The notes: a model not told the origin generated them from the letters alone. Positions 14,593 through 27,058 are shown, counted from the stretch's first letter. The stretch: 64,000 nt of DNA from Paraspadella gotoi (GCA_051294375.1 CM119267.1:8399814-8463813), one strand, 5' to 3'. Made by a program: numbers and translations.

Positions 14593-14640
14593 ACAAAAAT
14601 CTAAATGTCAATTATGCACAACATACATCAGTAAATATTA

Positions 14641-15042
14641 ATTTGTAAAATAAAATTTATTTTATGTTCTTCAATTTTCGCAGTAGGCTATTTATTTATC
14701 CTTATAAAATTGAAAAATTTCAACATAGGCTTTTCTTAATTTTGATTGCAGATTTGACTTCCTCGTCAAAAGTTGATATTTAAAAAACTATATTTGATAT
14801 ATAAAAATGTTAATTTTCAGCTTAAAATATAGCTTTTTCTAATTTTTGACCCACTTAATGAAGGAATTTTTTAAAAAGAGTTATATTTCTTTCTATCAAC
14901 TTTTTATGACGAATCCAAATCTGCAAAAAAATCTTAGAAAAAACTGTTTTGAAATTTTAACATTTATTGGATTAGTACTAGTATAAATATGGCCTACTGC
15001 GTAAATTGTAAAATTTATTATAAATTTTTTTATTACATAAAT
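14641..15042. mobile_element. ~400-bp imperfect palindrome, MITE-like
   Basis: Nested inverted pairs: cgcagtaggc/gcctactgcg, ttgcagatttg/caaatctgcaa and cgtcaaaagttgata/tatcaactttttatgacg. AT-rich, non-coding. Confidence 0.6.
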
Positions 15043-16022
15043 GTTTATTAATAATATAAATTTTGAAATTTTACTTCGCCTTAGTGCTTAACATTAACAA
15101 AAAATAAATATTCATTTTAAATTACAAAGAACTAGTCAATCCAACGAAGTAACTATTTGAATAAATATGTTAAAAAGTTAATATCTGTCTCGAATTGGAA
15201 TCTTCAGGGTTGATATAGGGGATCAGGGTCTGGGGGATGAATGTCCATCGCGTTAAATATTTTCATTATGCCATCGTTTCATGCAAAGTACAATTCATGC
15301 GTATCTTTACAAAGATAATCTTTGTCATCACATATTAACATCCATATCTAAAAACAAAAACTCAATGAGTATAAAACAATTGTAATACTACTATTTTTAA
15401 AGAGCATTAAGTATAAAATTACTGAGGAGACAAATAATGGAGTTGGATCAAAATAGAGTATTTTGCTAGATTTCAAGTTAAAACCTAAATATTTCCAGTT
15501 ATATTCTTTTTCTTTAGACTAAACCTCACATATAAATCGCCAGAACAAATTCCATGGTGATTTTTTAATATAATGAATATAGTCTTCTTAAAATTAAAAG
15601 AAAATACTAACTTTTCTCCATAATCGACAATTATTACATCCCGTCATCTGGGTAAAATATGCACTCCAGGAAAACAGATTGAAAGTGACAACCAATTCCT
15701 GGTTTTTTTAGGATATATCAATTAAATCGTATTAATATTTCTTCTTTCTGAAATCATCTTTTGCTGATGGAACAGCTAAACAAACAGCAGTCATTTAGCA
15801 TTTCTAAGTTGTTCATTCCTACCCAGGGCATTGACTTTAGACAGTCTGTCCGTCCGTGTGTCTGTCAGTGTGTCCATCGTTCTGTCAGTCTGTTCCTCTC
15901 GTTTGTTCGTTCGTACTGATCTCTCGTTCATCTTGTCCGTCCCTCCTTCTTGTCCGTCAGAAGTCAGAATCGATTGAGGACCCAACACATCATCGCAACA
16001 GCTCAACTCCCCATTTCTCCTT

Positions 16023-16114
<92 letters not shown>

Positions 16115-18683
16115 TCACTCCCCAGAAAAATTATTTATTTGCGGTTGAAGAGGCTTGCTGCATCATCTTTAATCATATCGCGGACTGTCCTTGTTCTAAT
16201 TTATATTTCTATACGTCACCGCGTAAAAAAAAAAATTCTTAAGAATGAAACATTTTTTAAACGTTTAATATATTCAATTTGGTTTAAAATTAGGCTACAT
16301 CTTCTCTTCATGACACAAAAATTATGTCTCAACTTTTTATCCTTGAGGACCACCGAAATTTATTAACGGCTACATTAACGGTCTTTCCTTCAGGATCGAA
16401 CAACTTATAAATTTTCCTTCAAGGCAAAGACGCCGAAAACTCGCTTTGGTTATTTTTGGTTTTTATATTTTTATATTTCGAATGGAAGATGGGATATAGC
16501 ACTTCGAAACCCTTCAAGGGCTCAACGCATACATTTAAGGGGGGGGGGAATACAAAAAAAATTGATTGTAAATCTAAAAGTGAAAGAAATATGAAATGAT
16601 CGACTCGCTACCTAGATTAATTGATTGAAGCTAGAGTTATCCAGTCCATTGCATCTATGTGAGCTAATAAATCAAAAGCGATCCAACTGGATTGATTGAA
16701 AAGCTATTGAGAAAAAGAAATCCAGCATTTTCGTTGGATGAGTTTTTCAGCGCGTTTGATCATTGGGCCAATCGAGAAGAAAAAAAAAACATCTCTGCCG
16801 AATCTATCGATGAACGAATTAAAAGATCGAAAAATCTATATATATGATTCAATTGAAGGCAATTAAGGAAAAGTCATGTGGCAGATTCAGACGAGAAAAG
16901 AGTTAAAAAAAACCAAAACCAAGCATTCGAGAAAGAGTTTTAAACTCTTGTTCTTGTCCCATGCGATATCTTCATAACCGGGTCGATTCGAAACCACTAA
17001 AAGAGATCAAATACTCCATCTACTACATCTCTCCGTTTTCGGCGCAATCCCCCTGTTCTATTTGGTAGCAGGCGTAGAGATGCCCAGGTGATGACGACGA
17101 CGAGGCGAGTTTGCAACAAAGAGAGAACAATCCACCTTCGATCCCATGTACTTCATCGTATCTCGTTACGGAACAACGACGAACTCACGAAACGCAAGGA
17201 CGAACGTAATTCGAACTCTCGTTACGTAAAACACGGCAAAACGAGATATTGTTTTCCTTGAAAACGAAATTTTGCTTTTCACGAAAACAGGATTTCGTTT
17301 CTTCGGAAAACACGATTTCAGGGTTTTTTTTTCGGAAAATGTTTTGTATTTTAAAAAAAAAATTGTCTTGATATGCGGCGGGTCTGAGTAAATCTATTAT
17401 TTAACTTCAACACATTTCAAAATTGATTTTTTTTTCAATCCCCGTGGGCCATGGAACGTCGTATCGAGGTCCTTATTGCATCCATAAAATTTTTGGCTCA
17501 AAATCATACAAAAAGACAAGAAAATAAAGATAAAGATGACCCAAGTTTAATTGTGAATAAAAATTGAAACGATTTACATCTGTGCAGATATGACCCAAAA
17601 AATTGAAAAAAAATGTTTTAGCTGGAAAGCTAATGAGGCTATTAATGGGCGGAAAACGAAAGTAGGTAGGCGGTAGGAAAAACGCGAAGGTACCAAATTA
17701 AATATCCGTAGGGCACAGAATCATGCTTATTTTTAGATTAAACTTAGATCGTATAAAAGCAATAAAGTTATAAACAATATAGCAACATATCACCTCTCTT
17801 CAATTTAATTCATAAAAACAGATCTTATTTGATCTTACAGAAGATGACCATCTTCAAAATTTTGGTCATCGTCATCACCATCATCATCATTTGCATCATC
17901 ATCGTCGTCGCCATCTTCATCCACATCATCATCATCATCGCCAGGCGGCCTACTGCAGCAAAAATCAGAGAGAGAGAGAGAGAGAGATCTGAGGGCGAGC
18001 CCAATGATCTCTCTTGTTGAATTTCCCATATACCATGCTCCTCGATCACGTCCCCCTCCTCTTCTTCCTCCTCCGCTCTTCCTCCTCCCCTTCGTCCCAA
18101 TCGTCCTCTTCCTCCTCGTCTAACGCTTCTACCTGTTCTCCAGCGGCCGAGTTTTTCGTTTTTGCTGAAGTTTTTCCCGCGATCGTTAAAAAAAAAAAAA
18201 AGAAGAAAACTTTCAAGGAAATATACATGTATATATTAAAACTGTATGTATGTTCGTAACTGCGGATGGTTATTAGACGAAACGGGGGGAGGGGTAATTT
18301 TGAGATACCAAAAAACAAAACAAAAAAAAACAAGAGGGCGTCGATCCGCGAATTCGCGTCTGACTACTCGCGCGTTGCCCTCCACTCGGCGCCATCTTTC
18401 GAAACGCGACCGCTGACCTCGAATCGCCACGACGTCACGCCACGCCCGTCGTACTTCCGTAGGAATCAAATGGATTATATCAATATTCAACATTTAACAT
18501 TTCACATCGACTAAAAGATGCAACGACCAAAAACTTACAAAAAAAAAAATAATCTTTTTTTTTCGATCTCTTCTAAACGTTTTTTTTTTTTTTTTTTTTT
18601 GAAATGATGACTGAGTTTTGCTTTCACGTTCGACTGTATGCTCCTCTCTCTCTCTCTTCTCTCTCCTCTCTCTCTCTCTTCTC

Positions 18684-18716
<33 letters not shown>

Positions 18717-21391
18717 TCCTCTCTCTCTCTTTCATCTCTTTTTCAGTAAATCCCCGCCCCTCTATCCCCTCTCACCTTTCCTAAAGATTTCCACCATCTC
18801 CCCTCGTTTGATTTTTAGCCAACGAACAACCATTATTGACAACATCTGACCCTTCTAGACTCCCCCGATCTTTACGAGATTGTCGAACCTTTTTCAATCG
18901 TGTTAGACACCTGTTTTTCATTACTTGCTTTCAAGTTTTTATCACTGTAAAAGAAATAATCATATCTTGTACGAACTCTGGTAAAACTATTTTTAAATTA
19001 CGGACACTAGTCACACTCCGCCTGCCCCCCGCGTATTTTTAGGCCCTGAAAAATTCGGTCAGGGGCAACGGCATCGGTTGGCCACGCTCGTAGAGTTCTC
19101 AGTGAGCTCGACTCACGACTCAATAGAAGAAACCGGAAAACGTCAACCCATTAAACAAGCGCGGGGATAAAACCGTTGAAGCGCTTTTTGTTTTAACCAC
19201 TAAAAAAAAACAAAAAAAACAATAGGCCGTCGCGCCATCTCGAAAAAACAAATAAAAAAATAATCTCGTTCTCGATGATGTTCAACAAAATATATTCCTG
19301 GATTTGATCAATTTTACCGTTGCATCTGGAATTAAGAATTAAAATACGCAGCAACAGATGCAAAATAACAAAGTTTATACTGATTCAACTTTTGTTGTTT
19401 TTTTTAGTAAAAATGTAAACATTATACGAAAGAATTCGAAATGGGCCTTTAAACTCCCTTTCTTATATAAAAAAAAAAAAAAACATTAACAAACAGAAGT
19501 TTAAATCCGACCAAAGACCGATTTGATTAAGAAGCTGGATTTTTTAATCATAAGCTTTTTTGAACATTTTTTAATCATAAGCTTTTTAAGATTTTTTAAT
19601 CATAAAGCTCATAACATTTTTAATATTTCAAATTACGTTGTATTCGGTTTCATACTTGGCCTCGTCACTTGGAAGTGCCGATCCGTATTGTAAGTAAGTG
19701 GTTCGGCCATTGACAAATTAGAAAGCAGGCAAGAAGTGCTCAAGAAAAAAAAATCTATCTGCTATGGTGGGACTAAAATCCACCAATCGTTCATCAGCGG
19801 ACATTGGGTGCGCGAGGCAAGTCATTCGCCTCCCAACGGGGTTCTAACCCGGTGGTCGCCTAGCAGTTAAGAGAGACGGGGCGCTTAATCCCGCCTGTAA
19901 CACGGTGTTACCAGTTCTGATCCGTTGCTCAGTGTCTGCTTATATTGAACGGGTTCTGTCACTAACGCATTACCAATCATTACTGTCTCTTCACTGCATT
20001 TATTAAAAAAAAACAACTTAATTAATTGACTAACACCTTCATTTCTTCATCCGCAATCAACCATCGTCAAGACAAATTCACCCGGATCTATTGGCGCCCA
20101 TCGTTTTCTTTCTCCCCGTCTAATTCTTTTTTTATTTCTCGCGCTCATCTGCTTATGGGGCTTCGAGCTATATCTTTTGGTGAGGTCTCTTAGCATGATA
20201 TTTTCCTTCAACATCTCGCTATTTCGTAAAAGCGGAAAAAAATATGACTTTTTGCCCCGATGAGAAGACTTGTTTATATGTTTATTTTCGGTATATTAGG
20301 GAAGTAATAAACTAAGCCACTCAGTACTATACAATATACAATTATACATACTTATTCAACCTAAATTCCAATAACCAGATATAACAAACGAGCTGGCCAA
20401 ATTTCCCCGCTACCGAGCGTCCACCGTCTATGTACGCTGCTAACCTAGGTTTAAAAAGACATATAAACCAAAAATATTTGCAAACATAAACAAAACTTAC
20501 CGCTATTCAGAATTTAAATCCAGTAAAACTTTAAATTTATCCAAATTTAAATTTTAATAAAAATCTTGGGTTTCGATTGGCGGAATCGCGAGAGAAGTGG
20601 CATACTTTAAAAAAAAAAATTGTATTCTTTCTTTTAGCGCCGCCGATCATTCTGTCAGACGTTAGCATAAACCAAAAAAGCCCACGAAAACGAAATCCGA
20701 AAACACATTTTGAGAAAGATTATGGTTTAAAAACTTTAAACGAAAACCCCGTTAGCGCGCGTCCTTTTTTTCGCATCTTTACAATCCCTTGGATTATCTC
20801 ACCATTTTCGAAAGAGGAAATTTTTAACCGAATTTACGTCTTCGTTTTGAAATAAGTGCTGTCTCTCTCTTCTCTGTCTCTCCTGTCACTCAACTTCATT
20901 CACTCACTAACTCATTTCTTTCTTTCTTTTTATAACTTTTATAACAAATAAACTAATCCAATACGTTTTACCCTTTTACTTTAAAAATGCCCACTTTTCT
21001 GCCACTTCTTGCCACTTCTGCCACTTCTCCACTTCTGCCGGCCGGACGGGGACGATAAAAATAAAACTTTATATCGTTTCGTTTTATACGTTTCGAAAAT
21101 CGCTTTTACGTATATCAATTTCAAAGGTTGATGGTGATGGATGACGGTTTACGCTTTTTCGATGACCTCCTCTATTCATTGCTTTTTTTTTTTAAAATTC
21201 ACCATTATATAACCGGATTCTGTCACAGGGTTCTAATCAAAATCAATTCAAAACTTTTAAGAAAAATTCTTTTTAAACTATCTAAAAAACTTGTTAATTT
21301 AAAACGAAAATCTGCCTTTGCTTTACCCAAAGTAATATATTCAAAATGTAAAAAAAAAATCTGTAAATTCTGAATGGAATTAATGATCTTA

Positions 21392-21602
21392 TCGAAACCC
21401 CCCCCACATTAGCCTTTTGTCTGCCCCAAAAGGCCGAGACCACCGCGCTGTTGACCAGACATGTGAAACAAAACAAAAGTTCAAACGAAAAAATACTCTT
21501 CCCGGCCTCAGCGGCAGCAGAGCTTTGCTCAGGGGCCCAGTCCCGGACGCTGCATTCCACTCTGTCGGAAGTGCTGCTTGAGCCGGGCGGGGACGCGTCA
21601 CT
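21392..21602. repeat. DIRS 3' inverted terminal repeat
   Basis: tcgaaacccccccc...ccagacatgtg...aaacgaaaaaatactc...ggacgcgtcact is the reverse complement of 26727-26940. Confidence 0.92.
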
Positions 21603-21639
21603 AGTCCCGAGAAACGCCAAACGAAGCGGCCCATGAGAC

Positions 21640-22560
21640 GTCCTGCAGGTAAAACCGGAAAGGAAGTCTGATCTCCGGACCAGTTCCCGGCCCTGAGAAT
21701 GACCGCCGAGATCGATCGCTCGCGGGCGAAAGGCTTCCGGAGACCGGCCATGGCACGAGTAGATCCTGGCGGACGTAGCGTCGACATTCGCCCTCCAAAA
21801 AGAGGCGCCTTTAGGATCGCCGCAAACCGTTGAGGCGAAAAACGGAGTAAAGGGCGGCGAAGGGGCGCAGAAAAGGAAAACGTGAGACGGCGCCCTAAAA
21901 CATTCGCGGTACTCGAAGCCACTCCCTTTCAGGAAGCCGCCAATGGGGCAACGCGGACGCCGGGCAGGTCGTTCCACCCTGAAGGACGGGGCCCATGTGT
22001 GCCCAAACGCGATCTGTCTTGGAAAGCTTGGACGAAAACAACAAAACGCCCATGATCCGCGGCGAGCGAGCAGTTGGCGCTTGATCACACTGGAAGCGAA
22101 AACTATCTCCGACGGCCTCCTGGCCGAAGCTGAGTTGCCAAAAAAGAAAAGAGAGAGACGCCGAAGAAACGTGAGCGGGGAGGACGGCGGCGAGGGCGAC
22201 GACGGTCCAAAACGCGTTAGAACCAACCGCCGCAATCCCACGGAGGAAAACACCGGCGAGTAGGGGGAACTCCGCTCGAAGGTTCCCCTGAGGAAAAGCT
22301 CGAAGGAGGGGGGTGTTTCCCCACCGAGTACGAACCCTGTTGCCGGCAAAGGTGGCCGAAATCGTCTGGAAGCGGTGAAGGTTCACCGTGCTGGTACGCA
22401 AAGCCTAAAACCCAACGAGATGGGCAGGGTATCCCGAACATCCTTCAGAGACGCATTCAAAGTCCTCGAACTTCCTTTACATTTGAAGGAAAGAGCAAGA
22501 AGGAGGTCCAGGCTTCGAGCGTAACGATCTCGCGGTTCGAGCCTCTCCAAGCTGTCCGGC
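21640..22560 (-). pseudogene. DIRS tyrosine recombinase (YR), split across frames
   Basis: Motifs in order: STVNLHR, GKHP, LRGTF, WD, SASARRPSEI (catalytic R), SKTD, CPI, PGSTRAMA, ILRAGNWSGDQT and RFY (catalytic Y). Confidence 0.88.
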
Positions 22561-22759
22561 GATGATGTCGAAGCCGAGTCTCTATGAGGTCGTCGAGGGT
22601 CGTTCGGCCCCCGAAAATCTGCCAAACGACCCAGCTTGAGACGGTCGGCTTGCGTCGGCCGGCGGGAGACGTAGATGAATTGAGTAGCCTGGCTGAGGGT
22701 CGCATGAGGCGTCCTCCGGACCCGGAAGGCGGTCGAGCCTCCAGAATCTTCAGGTTCAA

Positions 22760-23030
22760 CAAACGACGGGAACACTTCTGGGCTGGCCAGGACATAAGGG
22801 GCATCAGAAGGGAAGGATCCCCGACGAACTCTCCAGCTTCCGGGTATGACGCTCGGGTAGGAGGTGGTGGAGGAAAGAGAAATGCCCGGATCGAAGATCC
22901 AACCAATCATGGGCATCACCTGAGGGTGACCTGTCCACCAACCCTCCGTTGGGCGGCCTCCGCCTTCCAAGAGAAGAAACGGGCGCACCTGCGTCGAGTC
23001 CTTCGTCGCAAAAAAAGGATCCGATGGAGG
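22760..23030 (-). pseudogene. DIRS methyltransferase-like (MT) domain remnant
   Basis: DPFFAT..STQ..F followed, across frameshifts, by DA...W and FPP, located between RNase H and YR as in DIRS1-like pol. Confidence 0.6.
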
Positions 23031-23099
23031 GAGTGGCCGAATGGTCTTCGCAGAATCTGACGGAAGATCCGTTGGCAAGGAGATGCAATCCGCAACTAG

Positions 23100-23480
23100 G
23101 CGTCCCCTCGACGCCGATCCGTCACCAAGGTGTCTCCTCTGGACGACAGGTGACTCCCGGTGATTTACGGATCCCCAGGGTATGGGCGATCAGCAGAGAC
23201 TCCCGGACAACCTCGTGGTTAGCTCCGTTCGAACGGCTGCACGGTGCGCTGGAGACAGAGCAACGACACCAGGACTTGTCGGCCTACCAAAGGAGATTCG
23301 TATTTCTCAAGAGGAGCTGCCGAATCCGAGAGAGAAGATCTTCAACACCATGAAACTCCTATTCCACCATTGTTGATATGGTGATGGACATCTTGCAGCT
23401 CCCAGGTCCCTGTGTGAAGCTCTCCCTGGAAAAGGATGCCCCATACCCTTCCTGCGAGGCATTCGCTGTCGTCACTAACG
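23100..23480 (-). pseudogene. DIRS RNase H remnant
   Basis: Minus strand gives VTT(D)ASQEGYGA then GTWELQDVHHHIN, the TDAS..G(W/Y)G and G.W....HIN motifs. Confidence 0.8.
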
Positions 23481-23749
23481 TGGGCGCAATCTTCTGGGAG
23501 CAGATCGTCCACCGGCGCGACGCAGTCCTCCAGGCGAAGCGACTACAGCCACTCTTAGCTTCCTTTCCCGCGCTGAAGCTGTCTAACAGCGCTTGGCGAT
23601 CGAGATTCCTTCTCGCTACTAGTGGTAGACCGCGGTTGACGTTCCTTTTGAATCGGGCGGAGTGGCAAGGAGAAGCGAACTTGCGAGCGTTGTGGCCCCG
23701 TTGGCGTGTCGAGAAACTGAAGGGGGACTAAAACGCAGCCCGGCGGGAG

Positions 23750-24650
23750 AGACAACGAATGGAGGAGTGGAAGTCCGGCAAACTCCGAATCGATTCCAAC
23801 TTGGGCGGCGGAACGAGATCTGGAATGAAGGCTCTGACCGTCCAATGAAAAACCGAGGAAATCGACAGGGATGATTAGGGTCAGGCTCGACTTCTCCCGG
23901 TGGGAGAATGAAAAACCGCCTCCAAGAGCAGTTGGGACCGCCTTCAACGTCGCTATTTGGTTGGACAACTCCTCCTTCGATGAGCCAGGATGAGGGATGT
24001 TCGTCGATATAGAAGAGACAACGAATGCCTCCTGCCTCAGCCATTGAAAACTAGCTTGGGCGGCGTTGTCTTCAGAAGAGCCACCGGGCCCGTCGCCAAA
24101 CCGAAGGGGAAAACCTTGGTACTGGAAGATCCCGACCCTCCAAAATGAAATCGACAAAACTTTCAATGGCCCTCGTGAAGCGGAAGGGGGAGATAAGCGT
24201 CGCGTAGGTCGAATTTGAGCGCCCCCAATCTCCCCGTCGAAACATTGCTTCCTGATGTCCTTGACCCCTTTCCCAAGCGGAAATAGAGGTGAGAGGAAAA
24301 GCGGCTGTTGAGACGCTTCAGGTTGAGAATTGGGCCTCCACCCTCCATCCTTCTTCGGTACAAGAAGAACCTGGAGTAAAAAAACCCGGAGAAGGCCTCT
24401 TACCTCCTCGATCGCCCACCCTTCTCCAAGGGCGGCGGAAGGATTTCCGCTTCTGACCGCGTCGTTCCCTCTGCGAAAAGATGGCCGTCGCGTCGGCAGG
24501 ACGGAGGAAGATGGGTTGGAGATCTTCCTCCGCACGGCGATCCTTTGAAGCCCCGAACATGTTCGTCCAAATTTGGAGAGGTCGGGCCCGACCTGACGAA
24601 TCCGATCTTGAAGAGGGCCTGCAAGCGGCCCGGACGAGGGTCGGCGACTG
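23750..24650 (-). pseudogene. DIRS reverse transcriptase, frameshifted
   Basis: GRL, AIEEV, LVPKKDGGWRP/ILNLKRLN, DLRDAY, YQGFP, GIRCLFYID(D), EKSSL and FLGF.LD motifs across the three minus frames. Confidence 0.92.
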
Positions 24651-25560
24651 CATCGGCGGAGAACCCGTCCATTTCGCAGGCTTCGGCTCCCTGCTTCCTG
24701 GCCGTTTTCCCGACTCTGAACAGAGGTAGGGGACTTTCTTGCCGGCTCTTCCGGCGGCTGAAGTTGGACTTCGACGCTTTGAAACCTGACCGACGTTTTT
24801 ATCAAGAAAGCGAGGGCGTGCGGCGGATTCGATTTAAAGGCGGGCGATTGACCGCTGACGAAAACTTGATCCGAGCGATTTTCCGAAAGAAAACCTCTCG
24901 GTGCCGGAGCGGCGTCCTGCAGCGCCCCACGCAGATCGGACGGGCGCCTTCGACAAAAAAAACCGAACGGTCGAACTTCCAAGCCCAGCGTTGAACGCGG
25001 TTGCCTGGGATGGACGCAATATCGCGTAGGGGCGAAGGCCAAGCTGAAGGTGATTGCGCTCCACCAACCTGATTCCGCTGAAAAATACCCGCCCTTGATG
25101 GCGTCCGACAAAAAGGCGTAGCTCGTCGGCGACAAAAAGAGCGGCGTGGACCCGACGCGCCTCCCTCCTTGCATCGTGCGGTTAAATGTTGACGGTTAGA
25201 CAGGATAACTGGTGTAGAGATAAGCCGCTTCGGAAGGCGGGATCAACACCCGTTGCTTGATCTGGAAGTTGGAAATCGGGACCGCCGGTTGAGGCGTGGG
25301 TCCACCCAACGACGAAGGCGCGTCGAGGTAGCGGAGGTTGTGCGAGACTCCCAGCTTCTCGCCAACTCCCCTGACTCCGAGACGTGACGAAGCGGAACGC
25401 CATTTGCTTCGAAACTCCATCAGACGGCGACGCCGCTCCCTTGGCGGCGGCTGGCAAAGGCGTAGAAAGGCCCGATCGAACGTCCTGAGGTCGGACTCTC
25501 CACCTCTCCACTCCCGATGAGGGTGTGTCCCAGTCCCGGAGCTGGGTGCGACGCCGTGTG
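24650..25560 (-). pseudogene. putative DIRS gag-like region
   Basis: GC-rich, partly open frames directly upstream of RT. Assigned by position only; no diagnostic motif recognised. Confidence 0.45.
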
Positions 25561-25904
25561 CCGTCCAGGCGGTGAAGGGCGACGCGGTGCGTCTAGGGCC
25601 GAGGCAGGAGCCCGTGGCGGGGACTCTCTCTGGTAAGCGAAGGACTCGTTCAAGGACCAGCGGCGAAGTAAAAGGCGAAGTGAAAGTCGTCGTTCGATAA
25701 GAATCACTGGAACGTAAGCCAAAAAACGAGAATTTAGATTACATATCAAATCAGGAAACCCCCCCCCTTTCTTCTCTCTATCCACAAATATTCAGCAAAA
25801 ATGAAAATATTTTGAAACTAAAAACCACAACACAGAAAAAAACGAAAACCGAACACACCAGCGACCACACCCCACCCGAGGCGAATAGGGGCGGCGGCGG
25901 GAAG

Positions 25905-25993
25905 AATGTGGGGGGTTCGCCATTAAGAATCATAATTTCCAAAAAATTCAGGGAATACAGATTCTCTATTCGAAACCCCCCCCACATTAGCCT
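25905..25993 (+). other. DIRS internal complementary region (ICR; complement of the circle junction)
   Basis: The + strand reads [element 3' end: aatgtgggggg ttcg..taagaatcataatttcca..ttcag..tacag] ATT (25961-25963) [element 5' end: ..tctattcgaaacccccccc]. Confidence 0.88.
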
Positions 25994-26726
25994 CAGTAAC
26001 GAGAAAAAAACCGCGGCGTGTGGAACAAAAAAAATATAAAAAATAATAAAAAATGAAAGAAAGAAAGAAAAGAGAAACAAAAATTTGATGGAGGGGCAAA
26101 AATATTTCAAACGACTTCGAATTTAAAAGAACATCCCACATTAACGCTTCACCGGCGGAAAATCTTTCCAATCTCCTGGCGAAGCGGAATCCCGCATTTT
26201 CCTTTTGAAAAAACCGTTGAGGGCGTCCTTCAAAATAACTTCCAGGCCTCCAGCCGTTGCGCACGCTCCCAGGCTGCGTTGTAGGCTGTCCACCCCCCGA
26301 AACCGGCACCCCTGGTGCCGGGTTGCGGCCGGGCCCCTTCGCGCGCGGCCCGAGGCCGCCGTAACCGAGGTAACGGGAAGACAGCGCCTAAAGCAGAGGA
26401 GGGGTGGAAGGAGAAACACCGACCGGGGGCGCGAGGCATCTTTGGCCGACGGCAGTCGCGCCCACGTGAATCTCAGGTTCCCTCAAACCCTTGGTCGAAA
26501 CCGAAAGATTTCGTCGAAATGCGATCGCGCGATCCTTCTTCGAGATTAATCGCGCGCGGAATTCTTACGATCGTCGAAATAAAACAAAAGAGACGAGCGT
26601 TGGGAAAGTCAAAAATTCGATATGAAAAGCAAATATATCGAAAGGAAAGTCCCGATAATAACGAAAAAAGCGCTAAAAATAAGCGGGAAAAAGCGACTGA
26701 TCACAATAGGAGCGCGAAAAAAAGTA

Positions 26727-26940
26727 AGTGGACGCGTCCCCCGGCTCAGCAGCACTTTCGGACAGATTGGATGGCAGCGTCGGGGACTGGGCCCTGCAGC
26801 AGCTTCTGCTGCCGGCTGAGGCCGGGAGAGTATTTTTTCGTTTGACTTTTGTTTCTGTTTTCCACATGTCTGGTCCCACAGCGCGGTTGGTCCTCGCCTG
26901 GTTTGGGGAGACAAAGTCTAAGTCGGGGGGGGTTTTCGAA
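26727..26940. repeat. DIRS 5' inverted terminal repeat
   Basis: agtggacgcgtcc...gagtattttttcgtttg...cacatgtctgg...ggggggggttttcga is the reverse complement of 21392-21602. Confidence 0.92.
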
Positions 26941-27058
26941 TAGATAAATTATTGATTCGGACCATCGATTTGAACGTCATTGACTTCGTCGCTTTTCTGC
27001 AAATAAAAACGGGAAAAAAACTATTTTCAAACAGGACAATCCCTTTTTCTCTCTCTCT

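Larger units (their letters stand above)
21358..26949 (-). mobile_element. full-length DIRS1-like tyrosine-recombinase retrotransposon (~5.6 kb), frameshifted in this assembly
   Basis: Minus-strand order gag-like > RT > RNase H > MT > YR. Inverted terminal repeats, internal circle-junction copy, and ATT trinucleotide at both ends. Boundaries are defined by the empty site at ~32637. Confidence 0.95.

Noticed and set aside
21943-23731. Plus-strand ORFs inside the DIRS (e.g. 22584-23060, 23378-23731) as a sense gag, which would put the ICR at the usual 3' end
   Set aside because: They are antisense to clear YR, MT and RNase H motifs on the minus strand. GC-rich shadow ORFs.
21358-26949. Many frameshifts as proof of an old dead element, or as programmed frameshifting
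   Set aside because: The neighbouring duplicated host sequence shows the same dense 1-bp indels, so much of it is probably sequencing error. Element age cannot be judged here.
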